Program-made: the position numbers and the translations under genes
Part shown: piece after piece, positions 29,741 through 40,359 of the stretch
Numbering within the stretch: the first letter of the stretch is position 1
How the letters are laid out: every line of letters begins with the position of its first letter
The notes under the pieces: model-generated
The model's database searches: none
Seen by the model: the letters and a program-made list of their open reading frames with translations, nothing else
Told to the model about the DNA's origin: nothing
Origin: Tubiluchus corallicola
Taxonomy: Eukaryota > Animalia > Priapulida
Direction: 5' to 3'
Length of the DNA: 64,000 nt
NCBI GenBank assembly: GCA_030141605.1
Contig: JAQGDQ010000263.1
Span: forward strand, 206,511 to 270,510

Positions 29741-30275
29741 CAAAATGTGTAGGATTTACGAGATAATTTTTCATATCCTGCCACATTTTGAAGTACCCCA
29801 AAATGTGTAGGATTTACGAGATAATTTTTCATATCCTATCACATTTTGAAGTGCCCCAAAATGTGTAGGATTTACGAGATAATTTTTCATATCCTATCAC
29901 ATTTTGAAGTACCCCAAAATGTGTAGGATTTACGAGATAATTTTTCATATCCTGCCACATTTTGAAGTACCCCAAAATGTGTAGGGTTTACGAGATAATT
30001 TTCCATATCTACCCCATTTAGAAGTACGGCGAAATGTGTACGATTTACGAGATAATTTTCCATATCTACCCCATTTAGAAGTACAGCGAAATGTGTACGA
30101 TTTACGAGATAATTTTCCATATCTACCCCATTTAGAAGTACGGCTAAATGTATACGATTTACGAGATAATTTTCCATATCTACCCCATTTAGAAGTACGG
30201 CGAAATGTGTACGATTTACGAGATAATTTTCCATATCCTACCCCATTTTGAAGTACGGTGAAATATGTACGATTT
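29741..30275. repeat. 57-59-bp tandem repeat, about 9 copies in two variant blocks
   Basis: Core gatttacgagataattt..catatc...gaagtac repeated. Confidence 0.93.
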
Positions 30276-30883
30276 AATGTACATCGGTTAAAATCTCAAT
30301 GAACGGCGGGCGAGCCCTACTATTGTTGACAACACAAACTAACACAATTTTTAACAGCACAAATTTTCCACAAGCGTCTTGAACGTGTTTGCGAAAGCGA
30401 AAATTGAAGTACAGTGTTGCTGTACAATATTCAGTGTCATATACAAAAACTCGGTAAATTTTAATGTAAAAATCCAAATTTTAAATCTACCGCTGTGCTC
30501 ATGCATGAGTTCTCGAACGTACGTATTATGTCACAAACGAACAGTTTTGAACTGAGAGGAGCGTTTCCGAAATGCAGGCGCTAGTGTACGTCTTAACTAA
30601 CGAGTAACGAAAAGCGATGAACTAGCCTCAGAACACGAAATTACTTTTGTGTGGTAACAATTGTAGTAGTACATCACAAACGAACAAATCTGAACTGAGA
30701 GGTATAGTACGTGTTTCCGAAATGCAGGCGCTAATCAAGAACTAGCCGCGGTAGCATGAAATGACTTTTGTGTTGTAATAGTCACGTAAGTCATTCTTTA
30801 AAAAATAGTATGTTCCCTATCAATATTTTAAAATGTAGATTGTTTTGACCTACAGTTCAGGATTAGGTCCGGTTTTCCTTTAA

Positions 30884-31337
30884 CCTTTTCAGTCCCAAAT
30901 TATTTTTTAGAAAAAAATTTTTGGCTTGATACTTTTGTTCAATATGTCCATCTTGTTTACACATAATAATTATTTTTTATACCTGTGCCCGCATGCTAAA
31001 TATAGCCTGTATCCCACGGGATACATTGGGATTCAATGGAAGCATAAAATGTGCTTCATTTTGCAACTGCTGATATTTTTTATAAAGTATTTAAGACATT
31101 TAGTAAGCATGTTATGCTGATCTGTACAAAGTCGTCTCTAAAGTATTGTACCTTGAGCAGTTTTTTATGCTAGGTGCATTTTCTAGTTTGCCATTCTATC
31201 ACCATTTTTAGTCTATTGTTATTGGCTTAAATCAAAATAACTATTAACAGATCAAATAAATGTCAGTTTAAAAATCTTATTAATTTAAAGGCAGAAAATA
31301 TTCTCGTATCCCACGGGATACAACGGGTATGAAAGGG
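30884..31337. mobile_element. piggyBac-like MITE
   Basis: ttaa|ccttttca ... tgaaaggg|ttaa; internal palindrome gtatcccacgggatac near 31009 and 31306. Confidence 0.7.
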
Positions 31338-31786
31338 TTAAATTATCTAATAATGTTAGGATGGTAGCGTGGGTGGGCTGTGTGGCTGCATATTTTTCTT
31401 GTCAAGAGACAGAAGTATTTCACAAGATTGCTACTCCACGTTGTGTTACCTAGTTGTAAAACTTTTGCAACGCGCAGCCATAGAGCTACACCTGCATTAA
31501 TTTTGTTAATGCAAAAAAATGTACAGTATAACACACGTATTGTTGTAGGTATAATAAAATTATATTATTTATGACATAATAAAATTAAGTATGAAACAAA
31601 ATATAGGTTATAGACTGAAATGCGTTTTGATATGTATTATAGACACATATTCAGTGGTGTCCCAGATCTGGCGTTATAACGAGGTCTTGACTGTAATACT
31701 GTAAGAAGTACTGTAAGTGATACTAGAATTTCCTGACGATTTTGCACTTTTAACAACGTCGTTAATCATTGCAGTTGGTAGAAGCT

Positions 31787-32899
31787 ATGGAAAAGAAGTG
31801 CGCCATCAGAAACTTTGGACTCAGCAAGTTTCAACATGTGTTCATTCTGTATCTAGTGATTTTTTGCTCTTTAAATCATTGTGACGTAACAGCTGTTCAA
31901 AATGGAGCTGTAACTTTGAGGCTTTCTGATTTGAGGCAAGATGATGGTCTATCTTGGGAAGAAAGGATAGCAAAAGAATGTGAAAAAGAATCAAATGATG
32001 TACGTGCGATGAACTACATAGATGATGTTGACGACAATGTGCGATACGTTACACTAGGAAACATCAAAGGCCGACTGGGCAATAAAATGTTCCAATACGC
32101 ATCATTGTACGGGATAGCCCGTGGAAATAACTTTACTGCAGTGTTGCCCAGTTCTTTTAGCTTGTACGGAATATTTACTCAGTTGGAAATACCGGTGTTC
32201 ACTTGCACGGCAACGTACAAACATTATCGACGTCAAGTGCTGGAAATTAAATTAATATTCTGTGATAAATTCTATCCCATGACACAAAATTTAGAAGATT
32301 GTGTTAGGCAGAGACGGGGAGTTTGCATATCTGGGTACCTTCAGTCTCCTAAATATTTTAACGACTGGAAGGATGATATAAGAAACCAGTTCACATTTAA
32401 CCAAAAAACATTAGCAAAAGCTAAGCGCTGTCTGTACACACAAATTCTACTGAAGTTTCAGGACAACAACATTTTAGAAAAACAGATCACAAGAGTAGCA
32501 ATTCACGTACGAAGAACTGATTTCCCGAAAATCAAGTCATATTGTCGCATGCCTTCACTCGATTACTTTAACAAAGCAATGGCTTACATGAGGGAAAAGT
32601 TTGCCAATGTTGTGTTTGTTGTGATTGGTGATGATATTGAATGGAATAAGAAGAACATTAAAGGATCTGACGTTGTATTTATACCAACGAGCAAAGATCC
32701 CGAGGTAGATATGTGTATTGCTAGTCAACTGTGTCAACACGTAATAATGAGCGTGGGCACATTCGGGTACTGGTGTGGGTACTTATCCAATGGAACTGTT
32801 ATATATTTTCGTGACTATTTACCAGACGGTTACAAAGACATCAGGCATTGGTTTGTGTCTGATGAATATTGGCCACATGAATGGATTGGTATGGCTTGA
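31787..32899 (+). CDS. Alpha-1,2-fucosyltransferase (glycosyltransferase family 11, FUT1/FUT2-like), single coding exon
   Basis: Motifs GRLGNKMFQYA, GYLQSPKYF, AIHVRRTD, GTFGYW and PHEWIG; N-terminal hydrophobic signal-anchor (VFILYLVIFCSL). First ATG at 31787 follows an acceptor-like cattgcag at 31767-31774; AATAAA near 32966. Confidence 0.93.
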   Translation: MEKKCAIRNFGLSKFQHVFILYLVIFCSLNHCDVTAVQNGAVTLRLSDLRQDDGLSWEERIAKECEKESNDVRAMNYIDDVDDNVRYVTLGNIKGRLGNKMFQYASLYGIARGNNFTAVLPSSFSLYGIFTQLEIPVFTCTATYKHYRRQVLEIKLIFCDKFYPMTQNLEDCVRQRRGVCISGYLQSPKYFNDWKDDIRNQFTFNQKTLAKAKRCLYTQILLKFQDNNILEKQITRVAIHVRRTDFPKIKSYCRMPSLDYFNKAMAYMREKFANVVFVVIGDDIEWNKKNIKGSDVVFIPTSKDPEVDMCIASQLCQHVIMSVGTFGYWCGYLSNGTVIYFRDYLPDGYKDIRHWFVSDEYWPHEWIGMA

Positions 32900-32939
32900 C
32901 ACAACGAACTAACTATATACCAGGTGGCCTAAACTCAAT

Positions 32940-34870
32940 TTAGTTAAATTATTTTTTGTTTAGGAAATAAAAGTTCATAAACACAAATACAAAGATGAAA
33001 AGAAATACCACTAAAAAACCAACTTAAAAACTTATTTACAATATCATATATTGGTACCCTTTATGCACTTACAAATAAAATTCTAAAATTCGCTAAAAAT
33101 CTAAGAATTAGACTGATACAGATTAATGATGTGTAACTTATGATGTTAGAATTTAAAATAAAGTGATCTAATCGATTTTTAAAAGAAAAAACAGCTTTTC
33201 GTATGGTTAAATGATTAGTTTGCAAATCGACAAACCTTTGACTAGCGCTGCCATCATAGGGAAATGAGGATAGTTTTCTCAAACACTTGTTGTACTTGCA
33301 GTTCTTAGTATAGTTATAATAATATATATTATTATCATTATATATATATTAATTAATCGCCATTTTTGCTTACGTGTAGTTGCATCATTGCATTTATTAA
33401 TATAATATTTATTTTTGAGTTTCCTGTTGGAGTTATTAAATTTATTTCGTGCCTTTTTGTAATTATCGTAATTGCTTTTACCTTTTAGATGTAAATATGT
33501 TCTATATAATTCATTTTTATTGTGTCTTAGTCTTGCGATTTCTGTATCCGTCCGAGGGCAAGCAGATTTTGCATTAGATTGCTGCTGATGTATTTTAACT
33601 TTTTTATATGGTGCATAGATATCCAGGCAGTATTCCATATTATTTATTAATGTGTTTATTTGCATGTCAATGTCAGTCATTGTGTAAATATTACTCCAGT
33701 CCAATTTGGTTAAAGTATCTTGAAATATATCTTTATTTTTATACTTTTTGCACTGAGCAGTATTTGTTGAACTAATATCGATATTAAAATCCCCCATTAA
33801 TAAAACTGGTTGATTTTCAAGCACAGCACGTTCGAGTTCAATTTCAAAATGTTTTAAAAAAGTTTTATATTTTTGATTTGGTGGCTTATAAATGACACTT
33901 ACAATGTAGTTTTCAATATTACACCAAATTGATTCTATTTTGTTAGTTTTAATCCCTTTGGCTTCGTTAAATGTCATGTGTTTTGGGATGTACATTGCAA
34001 CCCCTCCGCCACGTTTATGTGTGGGACGGTCTCGACGTATGAGTGTATGATGAGGCAGTTGTATGGAGGCACTAGGTATTTGCTTGTGTAGCCAAGTTTC
34101 GGTTATTCCAACGACTAAATTTTCAGATGAACGAACTGTGTCTTTAAGCAATGCATGTTTTTTTGTCAGACTTTGTATATTGATACATAGAAATTTCAAA
34201 TTCTTTTTATGTTTTTGCATAAAATCTGTCAGCTCTAGGTCAATGTGGTTTTGCGTGGGGGTTTGGTTTAAGGGACTTGGATTAGTTTCAGTACAACCAA
34301 TTATAAGCAACATTTTTAATACTGTTAGAAAATAATCATGGTTACAATTATTTTTAATCCAGTTTAATAAAGTAGGGGAGTACTGAAACTTGTAATATAA
34401 ATCTCTAGTATCTGAAAGTGTGCACTTTCTCACATATGAAAACTGTAAAATAGAAGCAGAATAGCAAAAATTTACGCACGAGTTATTTTCGATCCAATTT
34501 TGTGATATTATTCTTAAAATAGTAGGTTTGTAATGTAGTAGGTTTGTAATAAAATAGTAGTAATAAAATAGTAGGTTTGTAATAAAAAAATTGATAGGTT
34601 TCTTAAAAATGCTTTAGAAATAACTCAATGGAAGTGTATTAGTCTGGCCTCTGAGATTCAACCTGACTGTATCTGCTCTTGAACAACGCCGTGATACTAT
34701 AGATCTTATTAAAGCACAAGAAAATCCTCCATTTACATAAGGCTTAAAAAATTCGTCTTGAAATTTTATACCACTTACATACTGCGTTTTCACCAACAGG
34801 GCTTGTGTCGGCAGTAATGCGTATAAAATGGGTTTAAACTCCCGTGATGACTGTTAGGCGCAGCCATTTT
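32940..34870 (-). mobile_element. Internally deleted CR1/L2-group LINE (5' region, endonuclease, 3' remnant); boundaries approximate
   Basis: Endonuclease ORF plus a downstream remnant reading ...TIRKAVFSFKNRLDHF, similar to LINE ORF2 C-termini. Confidence 0.6.
33279..34433 (-). pseudogene. APE-type endonuclease region of a CR1/L2-group LINE; RT region missing
   Basis: Motifs INIQSL, GITETWL, RRDR...GGGVAMYI, IYKPP and LMGDFNID; the ORF breaks into AT microsatellite near 33330. Confidence 0.88.
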
Positions 34871-34925
34871 GATGGTAGGTGGTTTAAAACTAGTTTAGAT
34901 AACACCCAGTAAAGTTTGAAAAAAT

Positions 34926-35400
34926 AACAAGAGCATTCGTAGCACACACGTCACTAACCAAGTAAAATTTTAAATTACTGCACCTTGTCAATAAGATTAA
35001 AAATATTTTTTGCTTAGTTAGTGGTGCACCCTGGAGAGTGAGTCGGCAACATTTTACTAATTGGTGAAAACATTTTAATTAAATAATTAATAATTTTCTT
35101 TTCTAGTTACATAAGTCAGTCAAGCAGGTAAGCGAAATGCTAAGTAACATAACTTTGCATGGAAAGTTTTTGGGACGTAATTTAACATTTCCTTTTCTTC
35201 CCCCTGATTTACGTTGTGTCTATAAGACGTCATGTAATGGTGTCGTCATAACAGTACTGCGGAAGATTTAAAATAAAAAAGCAAACAAAAAATCTTTTCA
35301 ATGCGAGTACGAAGCACACATAAAATTCCTATAAATAAAGTAAGACAATTTTTAAGGCGATTTTTTGATACCAACTTCGGGTACCCCGTTTTTGTCCCTT
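34926..35400 (+). mobile_element. Interspersed repeat, inverted copy near 23300-23832 (Helentron/Helitron-like non-autonomous element?)
   Basis: Long colinear match starting aacaagagcattcgtagc; no terminal inverted repeats seen; class is inferred. Confidence 0.6.
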
Positions 35401-35704
35401 AGCTGTTACAAAGTCAATAGTGGTAGATCTATTTGACGTAGTGACAAGTTTTTGCTAGACCACTACGTGATTTACATGGACACAATTCTAAATTATTTGT
35501 ACAATACTCTCGCACTAAAGTCAGAGCTCATTTCTCCTCTTCTCGTGTTGTGGGCCCTTGGAATTCACTTAATAGTGAAACAGTTGACGCATCAAATCTG
35601 CATCAATTTCGCAAATTATTGGAGAGAGACCAGGGGCGTATCAAGACTTTGAGATGCTTATAGTTCTGTCTCACCCATCTCAAATGTGAATTTATGGTTG
35701 TTTA

Positions 35705-36352
35705 TGTAGAGAGAGAATTAAAAAAATACTTGGTATATTAGAAACTCTATATTAACTTAGTTTCTACGTGTCCAATATTAATTACATGTATTTGTATAGT
35801 GTTTATATTCAAGCAGGCTGCACAACTGCTTGTTGTGTAATACCTTGCACCTGTTCGTTATGTGGCAGTTATATAAAAAACGGCGCTCAGCAACTACCTT
35901 TGGTGTGTTATAAAATATTCCCTTTACATGAACACGATTACATGAATGTTGTGTTTCTTTCTTTCGGACGGCTCGTAGAGAAAACAAGAAAACATGTTGT
36001 CAAATTAAATAGGCTTATTGTGTGAGAATTCTACAACACAAAGTATGAAGGAACGTAAAATATGTACACTCAGTGAGAATTCCACAACACAAAGTATGAA
36101 GGAACGTAAAATATGTACAGTCAATGTGATAATCCGAAATATGAGAACCAAACTTGAGAAGCCAGCTCCGCCTTATATATCAGTACAAATGGACAACATC
36201 AGAACAATCTAGAAACTACTACGCGCATTGCGTATAGAAAGTTCTAGAATCTACGATTGCTTCTACAGGTAAAAAGATTGGTTCTACTATACTATAGAAC
36301 AATCTAAGAACATTCTACAATATTCTATTTAATTCTAGTGGATCTCCACAAC
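35705..36352 (-). mobile_element. LTR-like segment (possible solo LTR)
   Basis: tgtagaga...tctccaca inverted ends; minus-strand TATATAAG at 36172-36179; multiple GAAnnTTC-type motifs; 51-bp internal duplication at 36022-36119. No target-site duplication found. Confidence 0.4.
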
Positions 36353-37735
36353 AAGTACACACATTTTCCCAAGAGAATAAGGATTTTTTCTAAAATGTGA
36401 TGCCCCTCAAACTTTTGCGCCCGATGCTATAGTCTAGTTAGCCTATTGGTTAATACGTCCCTAGGAGACACTGTCAATAACCGTGTTATGGTAGGCCTCT
36501 CAGACTTCGCAACCGTTTCGCAAGCAAGTACTAAAATTATTAAATTGGGCTGGTATGTGCAGCATTAATAGCAATATGTAGTGCTGAAGTGAAGATGTGG
36601 TGCTGTCGAGGAAGTTAATAAGAAAAATAATTAATGCTAAAATTAAAGTACAAAAACGAAAAACTTCAACTTACGTTAAATATTTTCCCTGAATGGACAT
36701 GATTTCATACATTGGAATGTCCTACATCGAAGCGTGGCATAACTGTGCTATCACAGTTCCGATTAGTTAATACATTTAAATATAGGAGCAAATTGAGTTG
36801 TGGTCAAACAAACATCTTATATTATCTTTCATATGACCTATCCAGTGTTTGCCTACTGCAGCTACTGAATACCTTCAAAACCAATAACATCATTAATACG
36901 GCCTGGTGAACTAAATGATCCTGGCTTGTATAAAGATACGAACTTCCTACAAATGTGTTATTGCACTTTGCGAATAAATTGTAATGCATTTCAGTAAGTT
37001 GTAACCTTATTTTAGAAACAATATCGGTGTATTGTCAACAAAACTTGTCCTTCTGGTTATTAGTTACACGTCTAGTTGCGTTTGAAACATTCGCTTTTTG
37101 TTGATAAACAATAAACAAGTACGCGTCATCGCTTGTTTATACGTTTACTATCTTGTACATATGCCAAATTATCACACGTGCACCATTTTATGAAAAATTA
37201 AGAATTTCACAAGTGTTGTTTCTTGAGTGGTATTGACTAGCTGACTGACCTAGCTATTGGCGAGCTGAATGCCTAACTGATCGACCACTGGATAGCTAGC
37301 TGGCTGACTGATCTACTAAATGAAATGAGTAACAGTCTGACAGACGACAGAGATTCTTTGCTGATGATTAGAAGGGAAGACGAATTGCTCGTAGGACCAG
37401 TTACTATGGAATGCGCAATAAAATTCTCACAGAGCTAAAAAACGAATAAAAAATTTTATTGGACAAAAACACAATTAGGAATATATCTTTCGTTTCGCAT
37501 CGTTTGAGTATAATAGCTAATCAAGAATGGTGGATAAATAAATTTTTGTAAATTAACTTTCCTTAAATTTGATCTTGAACATTTTTGATGCATTTTGTGT
37601 TGCCGTTCTGCCAAGTGCTGCTTTAAAAACACCTCTTGATGTAGCTTTCTCAAAATTCGTGCTCATAACTCAGGCTTTGTAGTACTTTTGCGAGATAAAT
37701 CTTATGCAAATGCTTAATTTCAACAACTTTCTTAC

Positions 37736-38015
37736 TTGAACTCGACTCTTGCGAAACATCTTAAGTAACCATGGAAACTCCAACCTACTTACATACCAGC
37801 CATTATAACCTGACATTTTGCACTTTAAAACCTATAAATGTAAGTAAGGTACTTTGCGTGTAGAAGGTTACTTGTATAATTAAGCAGTAATGACAACTTT
37901 AACTGTGACATTTCGTTGCATAACTATTAGCCAATATGTGATTAGCAACACTACATTGTGGTCAAGGTGTTTAGGTCAAACGCGGGAATTCCATGAAAAC
38001 AGGCCACCTCTAGGC
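37736..38015 (-). CDS. Tentative exons 4 (37982-38015) and 5 (37736-37831) of the unrecognised gene
   Basis: ctctcacag|PRGGLFSWNSR|gtttga, then catttatag|VLKCKMSGYNGWYVSRLEFPWLLKMFRKSRVQ|gtaaga. Phases are consistent; a further strong acceptor precedes 37434, but later exons could not be resolved. Confidence 0.45.
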
Positions 38016-38092
38016 CTGTGAGAGACACGTGAGTTTTTCAACAATTTCTCTTTAAACTGCTGATTTTGCATAGCTCTTTAGTTTTTACCTAC

Positions 38093-38189
38093 CTCAAAGA
38101 GAAAATGTAATGTCTGGCACTATTGTAGACGTCATTCACGTGCAATTCTTCTCGCTTTAGGAATCGTTCAGTTAAACTTCGGCGCCCAT
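38093..38189 (-). CDS. Third coding exon of the unrecognised gene
   Basis: tatgttgtag|DGRRSLTERFLKREELHVNDVYNSARHYIFSLR|gtaggt; phase 1 to 2, compatible with the previous exon. Confidence 0.6.
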
Positions 38190-38756
38190 CTACAACATAA
38201 GATTTTGCAACGAATAATCCACCACTTTTACTAATTAACGTTTTGCTTTTAAACACTAAGAAGTGTTTAAAATAATTCATTTAAGAAAGTCCTCAGAGAC
38301 GTTAGGTTCTACAATTCACTTATGTCGTGTTTATATGAACACCTATAATTTGCATATATAACTGTGATTATTAGTTTGCAGTCACTACAGTACAGCAAAC
38401 GCCCGAAGCACACAAGTTTGGAAATGAAAGCAGATCGTGTGATCAATCATATTCATGGTCAAGAAGCTTTTTACATTTTTTGCTGAGTGTTGTTTGTTTT
38501 TTGACACATCGTCTAGTACGACGTATACTCTGCAAACAAAGAGATATGTTTGTTTTGCAAAGCAATCTGTTTTTACAACTTGTGTATGTTGCGTGCCATG
38601 CATTAACTGTATAAGTTGACATGTATCGAATGTTTGTATTGGGTGTACGTAATCTATACTCTTATGAGTTTTTGCCTAAAATAAATGTGAGTTTGTTACG
38701 ATAGGATTTACAACGCGACAAAGCCAACGATTAGTGCAAATTATGACTTTCAGATG

Positions 38757-39071
38757 TGAATGAAGGAAAGAAAGAAAGAATGAATTAAAGAATGAATAAA
38801 TGTGAACGAATGAACAAATGAATGAATGAACAATTGAACGAACGAATGAATGAACAATTGAACGAATGAATGAATGAACAATTGAACGAATGAATGAATG
38901 AACGAATGAATGAATGGACGAACGAAAGAAAGAATGAATGAATGAACGAACGAACGAATGAATGAATGAATGAATGAATGAATGAATGAATGAATGAATG
39001 AATGAATGAATGAATGAATGAATGAATGAATGAACGAACGAACGAACGAACGAACGAACGAACGAATGAAT
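38757..39071. repeat. (GAAT/GAAC)n microsatellite in an intron
   Basis: Direct reading. Confidence 0.95.
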
Positions 39072-39307
39072 AAGAGAGCAAGAGGTTGAAGAAACGAGAT
39101 GATTAAAGAATAATTCAACTGCTCGTTGAATGCAAGGACAGATAAGCGAATGGATAGGTAGGCGAGCTAACAAACGTATAACCAGCTAAAAAATTTTGCT
39201 GGAAAAGTTGAGCTACGGTCGAATAATGAGGAAATACAATAATTTTCAACTGGCAGAAACATTTGACTTTCAACTTCACAAACTAATGAAACTACGATTA
39301 TCAATAC

Positions 39308-39458
39308 CTGTAAGACTAGTAAGGCTACTGTGAGTCTTCGAAGCATCAGAACACTCTTCTGTTAATTCTTCTACTATTAGACTGCGTTGGGAGGTCTCCA
39401 TTTCTCCATTTGTTTCCTCCAACTGCATGTCGGGACAACTGCCGGATTCTGATATCCA
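39308..39458 (-). CDS. Second coding exon of the unrecognised gene
   Basis: ttttttttaag|WISESGSCPDMQLEETNGEMETSQRSLIVEELTEECSDASKTHSSLTSLT|gtattg; open in phase 0 to 1. Confidence 0.7.
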
Positions 39459-40002
39459 CTTAAAAAAAATTGCATCGCTTTTAATTGGTCATTTTCCCGG
39501 AACGAAACAAATAAATAAACAAACGACGAAAAGAAAGAAACTCATAGAGCAACAATCAGCGAACGAAGAAACAAACAAGAAAATGAATGTCCATTAATAT
39601 AAGCAAACTGTTCTATGTAACAATGTTCTTTAAAAGATACATTAAATAAGATTAGGAATATTTTTCTGGACAAAATCTGTTTTTCTTTTACGTTAGGAAC
39701 ACGGCTTATAGTGCACTGTTTACAAAATTAGAGTAAAAGTCAATAACAGACTAAAATAATGTATTCAAGTCTCTCTGGAAGAATTATTAAAATTTAATTA
39801 AATTAGCAAAAATATTTAATTGTCCTTATCTGGCAGTCGTCTAATCAGTTAATTAGTGTAATTTATGTTTGATAAATATTCTTTACAGGTGAAGTTAAAG
39901 ATGATGGAGAAAAAATGGTACACTAATTTATGCAAAAAATCAGAACCTAGTATGACATTGTAATCCTCAAAAAAGATTTCTTTCACATTAGTGAAAATTT
40001 AC

Positions 40003-40359
40003 CTGTTGCGTGTCGGTAAGCTGAAGTTTTGTACCAACTCCTATATCTGGCACAGACGTTGGTCTGGCTTCACGCATTTGACGAATCACCTCCTGTATGT
40101 CTGGGGAGGAAGATGGTCGCCCTTCGTCAAGAAGTCGGAATTTGTCCCTCATCACTACCGGATGAGGAGAAACGTCGGATTCCGTTGAACTGCTACGACT
40201 GCTGCGCGGTGGTTCGTCGGACGCACGTCGGAAGACGTTTTGTACTCTCTCAGACAGTTCCTTCATTCTGTTCCTCTTGTTAGTAAGAAATGGAGAAGCT
40301 ACCGGCGTCCCGTCAGTGCCAATGGTGAAAGTTACTTCACTTGGTTTAGCTTCGGCCAT
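40003..40359 (-). CDS. First coding exon of an unrecognised gene (Ser/Pro/Arg-rich N-terminus)
   Basis: ATG-initiated, relatively GC-rich 119 codons (MAEAKPSEVTFTIG...TDTQQ) ending at cag|gtaaat. Confidence 0.75.
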
